64,000 nt of DNA from Eledone cirrhosa (Eukaryota): the NCBI GenBank assembly GCA_964016885.1, contig OZ024741.1, forward strand, positions 101,122,001 to 101,186,000, given 5' to 3'. Shown in pieces: positions 26,717-39,289 of the stretch (position 1 is the stretch's first letter; every line of letters begins with the position of its first letter). A model generated the notes under the pieces. The model saw only the letters and a program-made list of their open reading frames with translations, had not been told where the DNA came from and searched no databases. The position numbers were made by a program, and so were the translations under genes.

Positions 26717-28459
26717 GCGCGCGGGGACATAGAAATAATCGGGCTGGATGCCTGATCGCGCAGTTAAACCACTGGGAGTGAAGAACCCCTAGCCCTTGTC
26801 AGGGCATTCTTCTAGGAGAAGGCATCTCAGGAAAATGGGTTAACTCCAACATAAAACCTGCGGCTCAGTAGTTACCGATGATGTTGATCTTTTCTTCTTT
26901 TCGGGTTATAGCTACTGTCGCTCAGAGAGTGGGATTGGCTCAGTGCACAGTCTTTCCTCACTTTAAAAAAATATTCGTCACGCACAGGCATTGCACGAGT
27001 GCATTAATAATTATTAATAGTGTACTATTATTATTATTATTATTGTTAGTATTATTATTACTTTTTTTTTTTTCTTTCCAATTCAATGATGTTCCAGAAC
27101 AATATAAAAGAGATAATTGGCAATTTAGGTTCTGGAACAAAAAAGATAATTGGCAATAAGGGCAGGGGCCCCAGGTTATCACAGCCTGGGCCATTCATCA
27201 TGCCATTGTAATAGAGCCAAACAAGGCATTTAGTTTTGGCTGCTGGAACGTACGGACGCTGCTTTACAGGGATTCTTTGGAGCGTCCTGAACGAAGGACC
27301 GCTCTTGTTGCAAAGGAGCTTCGACGTTACGATCTTGACATCGTGGCTTTATCTGAGACGAGGTTAGCTGGAGATGGTCATCTTACAGAATTTTGTGGAG
27401 AATATACATTCTTCTGGAAAGGAAGAGATGAAGGAACCAGAAGAGAGGCTGGGGTAGGATTTGCTGTTAAGACTGTACTTGTGAATAAATTAGAAGAATT
27501 GCCAGTAGGGATTAGTGAGCGTCTTATGTCCATGAGAATTTCGCTGGACAAAGGAAGATATGCGACCCTGGTGAGTGTGTATGCTCCAACTATGAATTCT
27601 GTCGATGAAGAAAAAGTGTCCTTTACCATGCCTTGAAAGGTATTTTAAGAAATATCCCTCAGGCAGACAAAGTCATCGTGCTTGGTGACTTTAATGCTAG
27701 AGTGGGTAGGGATTTTAACACATGGAATGTAATCGGAAGGCATGGGGTGGGAAAGTGTAACAACAATGGTATGCTCCTGCTGCAGATGTGTGAGGAGCTG
27801 GATCTGTGTGTTACCAACACCATGTTCCAACAAAAGAACAAATTCAAGACCACATGGATGCATCCTGCATCTAAGGAATGGCATCTTTTGGACTACGTCC
27901 TAGTCAGGATGCATGACAGACAGGATGTGCAGTGTGTTCGTGCTCTTCGTGGAGCTGAGTGCTGGACGGACCACCGCCTGGTACGCGCAAAAGTGAAACT
28001 AATCACTAAACGTAAAATCCGGGCTCCTGGTGTTGCCCTGCCCAAAAGATTGAATGCTGCTCGTCTTAAGGATAAAAATGTGAAGAGGACATTGGAAGAA
28101 GAGATGCAGGCTGCAGATCTTTGTGAGGATTGGCCGACCCTTAAAAAGTTGGTTTATGATGTAGGCAGGCGTGTTCTGGGATTAGTGCAGAGAAAACATC
28201 AGGACTGGTTTAATGAGAATGATGTACATATAGCAGACTTGTTGGCTGATAAGAGGTGTGCTCTGTCACGCTACTTGACGGCAAAACCACAGGAGAGGAA
28301 TACGTTGCATGAGGAACTCAAGGATGTAAAATCACGTGTTAGGCAGTCTTTCTCAGATGAAGGATCAGTGGTGGAGTGAGAAGGCTGGTGAGATACAAAC
28401 TGCGTCAGATTCCAATAACACAAGGCTGTTGTACAGTCTCTTGCTTGAGGTTTATGGAC
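26717..28459 (+). mobile_element. RTE family A LINE, 5' half (5'UTR + APE endonuclease)
   Basis: WNVRTL, LSETRL, GVGFAV, VYAPT, LGDFNARVG, LLDYVLV and CWTDHRLV; ends at LLLEVYG. Confidence 0.93.
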
Positions 28460-28500
28460 ATACATACATACATACATACATACATACATACATACATACA

Positions 28501-28530
<30 letters not shown>

Positions 28531-28534
<4 letters not shown>

Positions 28535-29226
28535 ATGGCGGTGAAGATTCGAAACCGAGTTTGAGCTTTCCCGCCTCTGGGACAAGCCGCAGTAACTTGT
28601 TTACGCTCAAGAGACTAACCCCTTGGGAGAGGCTAAACACAGGTCAGAGGTGTTTACGCCTGACAGAAAATAGGTCAGAGGATATATCCATCTTTCTGAC
28701 TTGTTTATGCTTGGCAAACTAATCCCTTGGGAGAGACTAACCAAAGTTCAGAGGATATATCTATCCTTCTAACTTCAACTCTTATAAATACAGGGGTTGT
28801 TCACGCCCCGATAGAAAAGAAGTGATATACAGACAAGACAAGTCGCATTTACAAGCTCTCGTCACGAAAAACCAGTCTGCCACTTATTCTCACCTTCCTG
28901 GCTGATCGCTGACTCCTGCAATACAAGCACACACGCATTCACAGTGAGTTCAGCATTTGTACACGCACCATTCATTTCTGTTTACACATATTATAATTGT
29001 ATTCTGTGATACTTGAATTTACGTGGCTCGAAGAGCCACCAAATTATTGTATGAATATTTTGTGTTATTGATTTTATCATTCAATATTCAAATTGAATAT
29101 TGTTATAATAAAATAAACTTTGTAACAACACAATCCTGGTATTTTTCTTTACATCGAAACCACCATACCAACAGTTACATCCATCAATCCACTTATCGTT
29201 ACAACCACACATAATATTCCGTTACA
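28531..29226 (+). mobile_element. Solo LTR
   Basis: TATAATGG...CCGTTACA (6/8 inverted), TATAAATA at 28783, AATAAA at 29107/29112, internal duplicated modules, CATA/TATA flanks. Confidence 0.65.
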
Positions 29227-29269
29227 TATATACAATATATTGATAAACTATATTTATAAAACCATATTT

Positions 29270-29730
29270 ATTTTATACATATTTCAAAGGCCACCGCTTT
29301 CATCAGATAAAATACATATATATACATACACACATATATATATGTATGTATGAAACTTAATTATTCGTGTAATGCGACTCCTGTAACGTTTTTAATAATT
29401 ATTTGATATTACTTACATTTTCTTATCTTTTGATGTTACTGTTTCTTCATTTCTCCTGCGTTTGTTGACATTTGCTATTCTCTGGAGAAAAATGGCGCCA
29501 AACTTTTCCTTTTGAAAGAATAATGTGATTTGTCACGTGATTGTGTTCACGTGATATTACCTCTAAATATGTGTGTGATTTGTCACGTGATTGTGTTCAC
29601 GTGATATTACCTCTAAATATGTGTATACGTATATACGCATACACATATTTAGAGGTAATATCACGTGAACACAATCACGTGACAAATCACATTATTCTTT
29701 CAAAAGGAAAAGTTTGGCGCCATTTTTCTC
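29270..29730 (-). mobile_element. Foldback mini-element with a degenerate hammerhead
   Basis: Inverted arms across 29485-29730, with a 50-bp tandem duplication in the left arm. Minus strand reads TATTTTAT-CTGATGA-AAGCGGTGGCCTTT-GAAA-TATGT-ATAAAATA at about 29269-29314. Confidence 0.6.
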
Positions 29731-30142
29731 GTATATACGTATTTTTTCCTTGTATGTTCGGAAAAATGATAAACTGGAATAATTCTATTCTGCCGCAGAA
29801 TAAATGGTATTTAATTTTAAAAATAATACTAATAATATATATATATATATATTCCCGTTTGGCTAACAGTGGGGGTCTCTTCTTGCTTACACCCCACTCA
29901 CACTGGACGTGTCTGTACCTTTCGCTCATGAAACCCACCCAGCTTATGCTGACCAGGACTGCCATGTTGCTTGTTTATTTCCTCCCTTTGCTTTTATCCT
30001 TCAATGTTGCTCACTTGCTCACAATCTATATGAAAGTGAGGCTGGAGAAGGAAGAAGGAAAGGAAAAATAAAATAAAACTACACATGCAAACACACAGAC
30101 AAAAACACGCACACTCACACACATAAGCATACATACACACAT

Positions 30143-30189
<47 letters not shown>

Positions 30190-30387
30190 CTCATACATAC
30201 ACACACACACATATATGTATATAAATACACACAAACACATACATATACACATATATACATACGCACATAAATATCAACACATCCATACATACACATACAT
30301 ATATACAACCACACACACATATATACACACATACATACACATAGAAACATAAATATAAATACATATACATACACACATATACATACA

Positions 30388-30420
<33 letters not shown>

Positions 30421-31026
30421 GTGTACAAGCATACACATCCATAAACATAGACATACACACATACATATACATACATACATGCACACAATCATACATATAT
30501 ACACGTACATACATACACATACATAAATGCACTCCTCTACATATTCACACACACAAATAAATATAAGAAAATTTTTATATTTATGTATATATATATATAT
30601 ATATATGTATGTGTATATAATTACATATACATATGTGTGTGTATAATTGTATACGTGTGCATATGGGTGCATTTGTGTATGTGTATGTATGTGTTTATGT
30701 ATTTGTATATGTATATTTATGTGTGAGAGTGTGTGTATGTATTTACTATTTCGTACGTATGTATACGTGCATTTGTGTGTATTACTTACCACGCGTGTCT
30801 GTCCAGTTACCCGCCGTTTGTATTGCTGTCAACATTTTTTTTAATTTTTTTAATTTTTTTATATATATATATTTTTTCTTATATTTATTTGCATGTGTGA
30901 ATATGTAGAGGAGTGCATTTATGTATGTGTATGTATGTACGTGTGTATATATGTATGATTGTATGTATGTATGTATGTATATGTATGTGTGTATGGCTAT
31001 GTTTATGTATGTGTATGCTTGTACAC

Positions 31027-31063
<37 letters not shown>

Positions 31064-31221
31064 TGTATATGTGTGTATGTATATGTATTTATATTTATGT
31101 TTCTATGTGTATGTATGTGTGTATATATGTGTGTGTGGTTGTATATATGTATGTGTATGTATGGATGTGTTGATATTTATGTGCGTATGTATATATGTGT
31201 ATATGTATGTATGAGTGTATG

Positions 31222-31265
<44 letters not shown>

Positions 31266-31268
<3 letters not shown>

Positions 31269-32489
31269 TGTAAGAAAGAAAATAAGGCGGCGGTCCCTTC
31301 CGGGAAGTGGCCATGCTCAGTGTGTAGGAAAGGCGTAGGTAGAAACTCCATTTTGTGTCCCAAATGCAAAGTATGGGTGCATAAAAGATGTAGTGGGATC
31401 ACAGGTAAGCTAACTAAGAACATAGATTTTACATGTGGCCGGTGCTCTGGTGCAATAAGTAGCAGCAAGTGCCCAAAAATACTAGCTCTTTCAACTGCGC
31501 AGAGGGTACTATAGAAATAGTGGACAGCTTCCGTTACCTGGGTGACAAAATCAGCAGTGGGGGAGGGTGCTCTGAAAGTACAGTAGCTAGAGTCAGAACT
31601 GGATGGAAAAAGTTCAGAGAGCTTATACCACTATTAGCCGCTAAAGGGTTCTCCCTAAAAATGAAATGCAGGTTGTACGATGCCTGCATACGAACAGCAA
31701 TGTTGCATGACAGTGAGACCTGGGCATTGTGTGCAGAGGATATATGCAGACTAGAGAGGAACGAAGCTTGCATGCTCCGCTGGATGTGTAATAGTAATAT
31801 ACGTGAACGGCAAAGCATAAATGAACTAAGGAAAAAATTAGAAATAAGAGGGATCAGATGTTGTTTACTCTAGAGAAGGCTACGTTGGTATGGTCACGTG
31901 ATGCGCATGAAAGACGATAGCTGTATAACAAAGTGCAGGGCAATAAAGATAGACGGTAGCCACGGAATAGGCAGACGCAGAAAAACCTGGGACGAGCTGA
32001 TAAATTCCGACCTCACACACTTACACCTCTCCAAGACAATGTCACTGGACCGAGACCTTTGGCGGTACTCAGTAATAGAGAAGACCCGCCTTACCTAAAT
32101 ACAAAGTAAAACCTACTACAGTCAGTAGGCATCTCTAACAAAATACACCCCCGTCCCACCACCCCCACCCCATCCACACCGCCCCTTTCAATGTAAAGTT
32201 ATGTTGGTGCCACAACATCCAGGCCGAAACAAATGAGATCGTGTAGGTGTCACGACAAAAAAACACACAGTTCACGCTGTAATGTGGCCATGTAGGCAAC
32301 ACGGTAAAAACCTCCCAGCCCCACACTGTAAATGTGGTTGGTGTTAGAAAGGGCATCCAGCTGTAGAAAACCCACCAGATAGTCCTATGCGAGCAAGACA
32401 ACCACTCTTGCCTCAAGTGGGAAAACCCCCGTCCAAACCCATGCAAGCGTGGAACACGGACGTTAAACGTTGATGATGATGATGATGAT
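31266..32489 (+). mobile_element. RTE family B LINE, 3' 1.2 kb
   Basis: Near-identical inverted copy of 21919-23159, inserted into (TA)n. Confidence 0.92.
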
Positions 32490-32843
32490 ATGTGTGTGTG
32501 TATGTATGCTTTTGTGTGTAAGTGTGCGTGTTTTTGTCTGTGTGTTTGCATGTGTAGTTTTATTTTATTTTTCCTTTCCTTCTTCCTTCTCCAGCCTCAC
32601 TTTCATATAGATTGCATTTTTGTTTTTAAAATCCAAATTCAATAAACAGACCAGGATTTTTTCATTCTGAGGATTGAAAGCAAAATCTTTTGCTTTTAAG
32701 AAACCACTGGTAAATGGAATAATTGCCTTATGTTGTTTATTACATAACTATTAAGCTCTGTTACCTACATAGAGCACTCTTTTTTCCTGGACTTTTCCGA
32801 CGGAATTACTTCATTCATACATATATATATATATATACAAGCA

Positions 32844-32918
32844 CAGTGTCCCAAAATACGTATACACACTTCAACAGCAAAGTAATCAAAGTGTGTATAT
32901 ATTTTGGAGGGGACACTG
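32844..32918. mobile_element. Tiny Tc1/mariner-like MITE
   Basis: CAGTGTCCC...AAAATA.GTATACACACTT inverted arms. Confidence 0.55.
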
Positions 32919-32987
32919 TGTGTATATATATATCTGTGTGTGTGTGTGTGTATGTGTAACTAGTAAAACTGTAAAAACGCAACGGTA

Positions 32988-33195
32988 TATTCTAATTTGG
33001 CCCTTTTAAGAGCCACCTATATTTTCATTTAAGTAACTCCACTTCTATATGCTTTAATAAAAAAAATTAAAAAAACCCGTGAAAAAAAAAAATTTCATAT
33101 AAGTAACTCCACTTACTCGTGGTAGTAATACGGAAATAAACGATGTTTTGCTTTCATCGGCTGCTTCGACTGACAGCTAATAGCGTTGTAGTGCC
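32988..33195 (-). mobile_element. Half copy of the Merlin-like MITE, inverted relative to 7692
   Basis: 33168-33195 is the exact reverse complement of 7692-7719; subterminal sequence is also shared. Confidence 0.8.
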
Positions 33196-33676
33196 AAAGA
33201 CTAATTGTCAGCGTTATCTTTTGCATTTATATTTATATTCAAACCTGCATTGTTCTGGTCTTCTAAACGCTTGAAGTTAGAAGACCAGAACAATGCAGGT
33301 TTGAATATAAATATAAATGCAAAAGATAACGCTGACAATTAGTCTTTTACCTTAATATATATAAGTATAAACATATATATATATATAAGTATAAACAAAG
33401 TGCTCATGCACTTCTTTTTCTGTCTTTTAAGGGTCTTGACACTATTTTATAAGCTATATTTATAGCATTTCTGCACTTGAACACTTTCTTTATACTTATA
33501 TATACATCCATACATCATTTTACATCTATTTTTCCATGCTTATATGTGTGAGTGTATGTATGTATGTATGTATGCATACATACATAGCATGCACGCTTAG
33601 TATTGACAGTTGAGAGAATGAGTACTCAATACCATAGTAGAAATTAATATTAATAAAACAAAATTGGCCTTGATAA

Positions 33677-33712
<36 letters not shown>

Positions 33713-34549
33713 GTAGAACTCTGGAAGGTAATATCCGTAGTGGTAGAGCACTCAGTCCATGGGACGAGTTAGGTGGAAGTGGTTAGAAGTGTGTAACCAC
33801 TTCTATATATATATATATATATATATCCGTGGTGTTGGTGATCTACTGATTCATCATCATCATCATTTTACGTCCGCTCTTCCCTGCTTGCAAGGGTTGA
33901 TGTATATTATAAACGCACTGGATACACTTTTTAAAGTGGTTGATTATAGGAAGGTCATCCACCTTTAGAAAACTTGCTAAACAAAGGGTTAGGAGGACCC
34001 TTCAACTGTGTCAAAGACATAACAACCTAATAAGTTCTTGTATCACAATTAAATGCACTTGGGAAATTGCAGGACTGTATGTGAGATGCAGTCCTATTTA
34101 TTCACAATGACTGCTCTCCTAGTTAGGCTGTCTTCCCCATGAGTTACAGAGCCCATGTCTACTCCACTCAGTTATATTTACTCTGAGTTACTGATGTAAA
34201 CAAGCTGTCTTATTTGTGCTGTATGGAACCCTCATCTGCTCTCCTCATCCCAAAGGTAATGTTACTTTCCTTGCAGCTTACAGAGTCCATATCTGCTTTA
34301 AAGATCATGTAGTTAAGGTCCAGTAAGTGATCCACCATTAAAACATATCACATGGCTATGTGGGGAAAGTGTACTTTCCTAAATAGCACTGACCATCATA
34401 GTTGTGGGTTGACTGCTGAACACCAGATCACAAAATTTGTGAGTTTTGATATCTATATCAGTGTAATCAGTTTAATGTCTAAATACTGTATAATGATGTT
34501 TTCCTAATTGTAATACTTGGCAATTTTCTTTTTTTTTTTTTTTTTTCAG

Positions 34550-35809
34550 GAAAAAATGAGAAGAATGCTCATGAACTTTTTAAAAGATGTAGGCATTAAA
34601 CCTGAAAGCGATGCTTCATTTAATGGAAACACATCTAAGTCAAATAAACTGAACAGTAATTTTCCAAGCTATTCTGAGTATATGCTACCAGAAAATCTCT
34701 CCAGAAGAACATCTCTGGCAAGTAACTTAGAGAAAAGTTATGAGAAGAATATGGAAAAACTGACTGACTCTGTGTCTGGCTTGAATGTTAGACAAACTGA
34801 AAGAAAACTTTTAGTGAAGGAAAGCCCTCAACCAGAAGTGTCCTCTGCTAGAAAACAGCGACATCAGTCTTCTCGTTCCAGTCAAAGAAATGGTACAAAT
34901 GTAGCAGTTACAAGCAACCAACTGAAAAATGATGCAGAAGAAAAGAAGGTTATATCTGATGAAAAGACAGATATATCTAATGAAAAGATGGATATATCTA
35001 ATGAAAAGAAGGTTATATCTAATGAAAAGAAGGTTATATCTGATGAAAAGAAGGTTATATCGGATGAAAAGAAGGTTATATCGGATGAAAAGAAGGTTAT
35101 ATCTGATGAAAAGAAGGTTATATCGGATGAAAAGAAGGTTATATCGGATGAAAAGAAGGTTATATCTGATGAAAAGAAGGTTATATCGGATGAAAAGAAG
35201 GTTATATCGGATGAAAAGAAGGTTATATCTGATGAAAAACTAATAACTGGCAGTCCAGATGCAAGCATGATGAACTGTAGAGAAGACATTGATAGCAGAC
35301 AGAACAATAAACCTATACCACGACCTCGCCGAAAGAACTCTTTGTCAAATGTATCACAAGAATCATCAACAGTCAAAGACATGACGTTCATTACACAAAA
35401 CTCAGATCTCGATATATTTTGTGAAAAAGCAGCCGGAGATGGTATAATTTCAAAGGAACCATTCCTAGAAGGAACTGCATCAGTGAACAGTTCTTTGAAA
35501 ATTGCAGATAATGTTTCAGAAATAAAGGTTGCATCAGAACCAGTTAAAAGTGAAAGTAATTTAAGTATGTCCATTGCTTCGAACATAATGAACCTAAGTT
35601 CTGAAGAATCTCCTAGTAAATCACCGGAATTAGATCGAGATTCAGTTGGTTTAGAATCTGCAGCTAATTTTGAGCTGACAAATGATTCTTCCCAAGTGAA
35701 TCAGTCTCCAGATTCACCAATTAACAGCTTGTCTGATAACCACATTGAAGAACAGAATGATTATGAGGAAGATAAATTTGAAAGTGATGATAGTGACAGT
35801 GATTTCTAG
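34550..35809 (+). CDS. SPATA7: SPATA7-like terminal coding exon
   Basis: Long poly-T tract + CAG acceptor, phase 0. Starts EKMRRMLMNFLKDVGI (cf. SPATA7 EKMRHLLHVLKVDLG), then a long S/E/D/K-rich tail to TAG at 35807-35809. AATAAA at 36035. Confidence 0.85.
   Translation, partial: EKMRRMLMNFLKDVGIKPESDASFNGNTSKSNKLNSNFPSYSEYMLPENLSRRTSLASNLEKSYEKNMEKLTDSVSGLNVRQTERKLLVKESPQPEVSSARKQRHQSSRSSQRNGTNVAVTSNQLKNDAEEKKVISDEKTDISNEKMDISNEKKVISNEKKVISDEKKVISDEKKVISDEKKVISDEKKVISDEKKVISDEKKVISDEKKVISDEKKVISDEKKVISDEKLITGSPDASMMNCREDIDSRQNNKPIPRPRRKNSLSNVSQESSTVKDMTFITQNSDLDIFCEKAAGDGIISKEPFLEGTASVNSSLKIADNVSEIKVASEPVKSESNLSMSIASNIMNLSSEESPSKSPELDRDSVGLESAANFELTNDSSQVNQSPDSPINSLSDNHIEEQNDYEEDKFESDDSDSDF
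34940..35233 (+). repeat. Coding 21-bp minisatellite, 14 units (EKKVISD)
   Basis: GAAAAGAAGGTTATATC(T/G)GAT repeated in frame inside the terminal exon. Confidence 0.95.
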
Positions 35810-35839
35810 ACTATATATATGAACATTTGTGATACAGAA

Positions 35840-35992
35840 GCAGGCATGACTGTCTGGTTCAGGAGTTCGCTTTGCAACCATGTGGTTTCAGGTTCAGTTC
35901 CACAGTGTGGTAGTGTCTTCTATAGTTTTAGGTTGACCAATGCCTTGTGAGTGAAACTTGGTAGATGGAAACTGTGGAAGCCTCTTGTATAT
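35840..35992 (+). mobile_element. tRNA-SINE in the SPATA7-like 3'UTR; related copy at about 61975-62300
   Basis: GGCATGACTGT...GGTTCAGTTCC head and AATGCCTTGTGAGTG...GGAAACTG body. Confidence 0.65.
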
Positions 35993-36719
35993 ATTATGTG
36001 TGCATCCATTTTTACATTTACATAAAAAGAGATCAATAAAATAAGTACAAAGCAGTGCACCTGCATGACTGCAGTCAAATAACTGAAATAATTAAGAAAA
36101 TAAAAGAAGGCCACAGAGATACTGCTTTACAGATGTCAATTGTTGGGTTGTGACCAAGCTGCAGAACCACCTCTGATGGTATAGTTGATTATAACAACCT
36201 CAGTACTTCAGTACTTCTATACTGGTACTTACTTATTTCATTAACCTCAGAATGATGAAATGCAAAGTTTACCTAGGTACTATTTGAAATTAGAATATAA
36301 ATGAATATAATCAAATATTTGATGATGTATATGTAATGTTAATTTTTTTTTCCAATTTAGTGATATCTTAAGCTAACAAGAAAAATTGTTGTTTTTTTTT
36401 CCTTTTTGTATTTGAATATTTTCAAACACTTTGCAAAGGACTGAATAGTTGGAATATAAAATAAACTTATTGAATGCGATATTTCTGAATTATCAACTAT
36501 TATTGCTTGGTAATAAATGCACTGAGTACTTGTTACATAGTGTTGTTATATTTTATATATATACACACACATTCTGTTGACCTATATTGAAATCATGATA
36601 TTCATATAGGTAATAATTACTTTCTAGAAATTCAAGTTTTTCAATACCAAACTCAGTACACACACAACCACACATACATGCAACCACAGACACACAAATA
36701 TTATTATAGGAAATTTAAA

Positions 36720-38730
36720 TATTGTTAGAAATGAGTATCTCAGTTAGTTGATGATGAAGGGAACTAGGCATAGAGTCTGTTGGAGTGAACTGCTCTATGT
36801 TAAGCAGAATGATATGAAAATCAATAGAAGATTTTGTAGACAAGTTAGGTATAAATATTGATGTTGCTAATAAGGCTTTTGGGGGCTGGAAGGAAAGAGT
36901 TGGTAGCTTGATTAAGGGTAGGATAAGGAGGTTGAATAGGGTAGGTGGTGAAACGTCTATACTTAAAAAACCTGAGGTAGAGCAGTATTTCAGTGAGTTC
37001 TGTGGAAAGTATATTATCACAGCAGCAGATAAGGCAGTGGATAATTTTGTGATAATTTATAAGACACTTATCTAATGGTTTTGACTTGGGAGTTAGGAGA
37101 TGATAAATATTATAACTTTAGCAGTAATGGGACTTACAAATTGGTGTCAGTGGACATCGGTTCACTAACTGAATGACCTATTTTTGAAATGAAGGGTTTG
37201 AGTGACTGTCAGATAGAAGAGGAGAATAGGTATACAGTGAAATTCTGTTACAACAAAATTCACAGGGTATAAAAAAAAATTTGTTGCAACAAAAAATTTT
37301 TTATAACGAGATTGGCAAACAAATCGAGCGTTTGTTGTATGACCTTGGGGATTGAAAAAAAATTTGTTATACTGAAAAATTCATTATAATGCTATTCGTT
37401 ATAATGGAATTTTACCTGTATTCCAGATTTTTCTAAACTCCAAAGTTACATAAGTCACTGTATAAATGTAGATTTATAATGGGAGTCAGAAAAGGCAGAA
37501 ATAGACAAGTGGCTATTTTGGTTAATGAGGCTTTAGCTGTGGTAAAAGAAGCCTATGTAAAGTATTTATAACAATAGTCCTTTGACTACAAGGTGGAGTA
37601 TAAGATCATAGGATCATAGATTGAGTTTTTGGTAAGATTCCATAGATTAGAGGTGGTAAAAACTATGCACATTTATGATTTCTTTACCTTATATATGAGC
37701 TTGGATTTAAGTTTGGTTGAGGAAGGGGTGGGTAGGATAACTGGCATGGTTTACAGAGAGAAATTTAAATACATGAATAAGAATGGTTTCATGTCTAGGA
37801 TAAAGTATAACTGATTAACTTCTTGGACAAAGGTTATACTCAAACACTTGGTTTATAATAATGAAATTATTGTGCACTACAACTCATCAAAGGTGCATAT
37901 TAGTACATAGAATAATTGTTTCCACTTTTGGCACAAGGCCAGCAATTACCCAGTGTATTACTGGTACTTTATTTTATCGACCCCATAAGGATGAAAGGCA
38001 AAGTTAACCTCGGCGGGTTATAATAATAAACAAGAAAGACGGTATCATTTGCCCATTTCATTTGATATACATGCATGCGTGTGTATGAGGAGAGATATCA
38101 GGTGTACTGTTGGCAAATTTCAGGAAGTATGGAAGTTTTAAAAGATGCAGTTCCTGGCAGCTAACAACTGATGCAGGTAGTTTGTTCCATGCTTCAGCAA
38201 CTCTTAGCATGAAAATATGTTTCCGAAAGTCATGGGAGCTGTGCTGTTTTCTGACTTTCATAGTTTCATAGTTAACAATATATAAGTTACGTTTGAGGGT
38301 AGTCTGTTGAAGCAGGTCATGGGTATACTAATGGGCAGGAACTATAGTTTGCTTCTGGCAGATTTGTATTTATCTGCTTGTGAATTTCTTTTTCTAGAAA
38401 AATTGCAAAAGTTAAAGATAGGCCTGATTAAGCAGTTCAGTAAGTGTTGTAAGTACACAGACAACATTTTAGTTTTAAGCTACAGACATTTTGAGGATTT
38501 ACTCTGTAGAATTTATTCTTTTAGATTTGAGGTGAGCTAGAGTTGTTGCAATGTTAGTAAGGTTAATTATTTATATCCCACTATTGAAATGAATGATGAG
38601 TCTGTTGTGATAAGTATTTACAATAAAGCTTTGGTTCTGAAGTAGATTGGATGCCCTTTACCTCCAGTTGTATCTCCAAAATAATGGCTTATAACATGTT
38701 TTCAAGCCAAGTGTTAAGGTATGGTAGCAT
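36720..38730 (+). mobile_element. Heavily decayed Penelope-like RT, interrupted by a MITE and CR1/SINE pieces
   Basis: AADKAVDNFVII, PKLHK...CRFI, QVMGILMGRNYSLLLADLYL, KYTDNIL (YIDD-like). Confidence 0.6.
37235..37418. mobile_element. Tc1/mariner (pogo-like) MITE
   Basis: TA|CAGTGAAATTCTGTTACAAC ... GTTATAATGGAATTTTACCTG|TA. Confidence 0.7.
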
Positions 38731-39251
38731 CAGCAAACACATAAAGGGCGGGGGGGGGGGGGGGGCTTATGATAGGGGGTGTATGATAGCAGCTACAAAG
38801 TGGATACAACATGTCAGAATTTTAGAGGTGGGTGTAGCGATGGAAAGAATATCTACTAAGGAGTGATAGAGAGGGTTTTGGATGCATGGGTGAGTGTACA
38901 GGGATGATGAGAATAGCTACTAAGGAGAGATAGGAGGGGATGGATTAAGTGGTGATGTACACTAATGGTGAGGATAGCTAGTAAGAAGTATTTGTGGAAG
39001 GTGGGACATATGGATAGGTCAGATCACATTTTAGGCTGGTAGCTGAGTCTTCTTCAGTACAGTATGTCATCAATTCTCATAGTCCTTTGCCATCTCTTTT
39101 TTGAGGTTCAGCTTTTTAAGGCTGGTCTTCACTATCTCATTCCATATCTTCTTGGGTTTGCCTCTTCTGTTATTCCAAGTTTGTCTCTCAATTCACTTAT
39201 GCTATGTTGTTCAGCACACTAACAATACAGATCCACTGGAGCATTTTCATT

Positions 39252-39289
<38 letters not shown>

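Noticed and set aside
34940-35233. Regular short repeats resembling a CRISPR array
   Set aside because: No unique spacers, eukaryotic context, and it is an in-frame coding repeat.
34882-35586. Antisense 234-aa ORF and alternative-frame MKRRLYL/R ORF
   Set aside because: By-products of the 21-bp coding repeat; no splice or start support.
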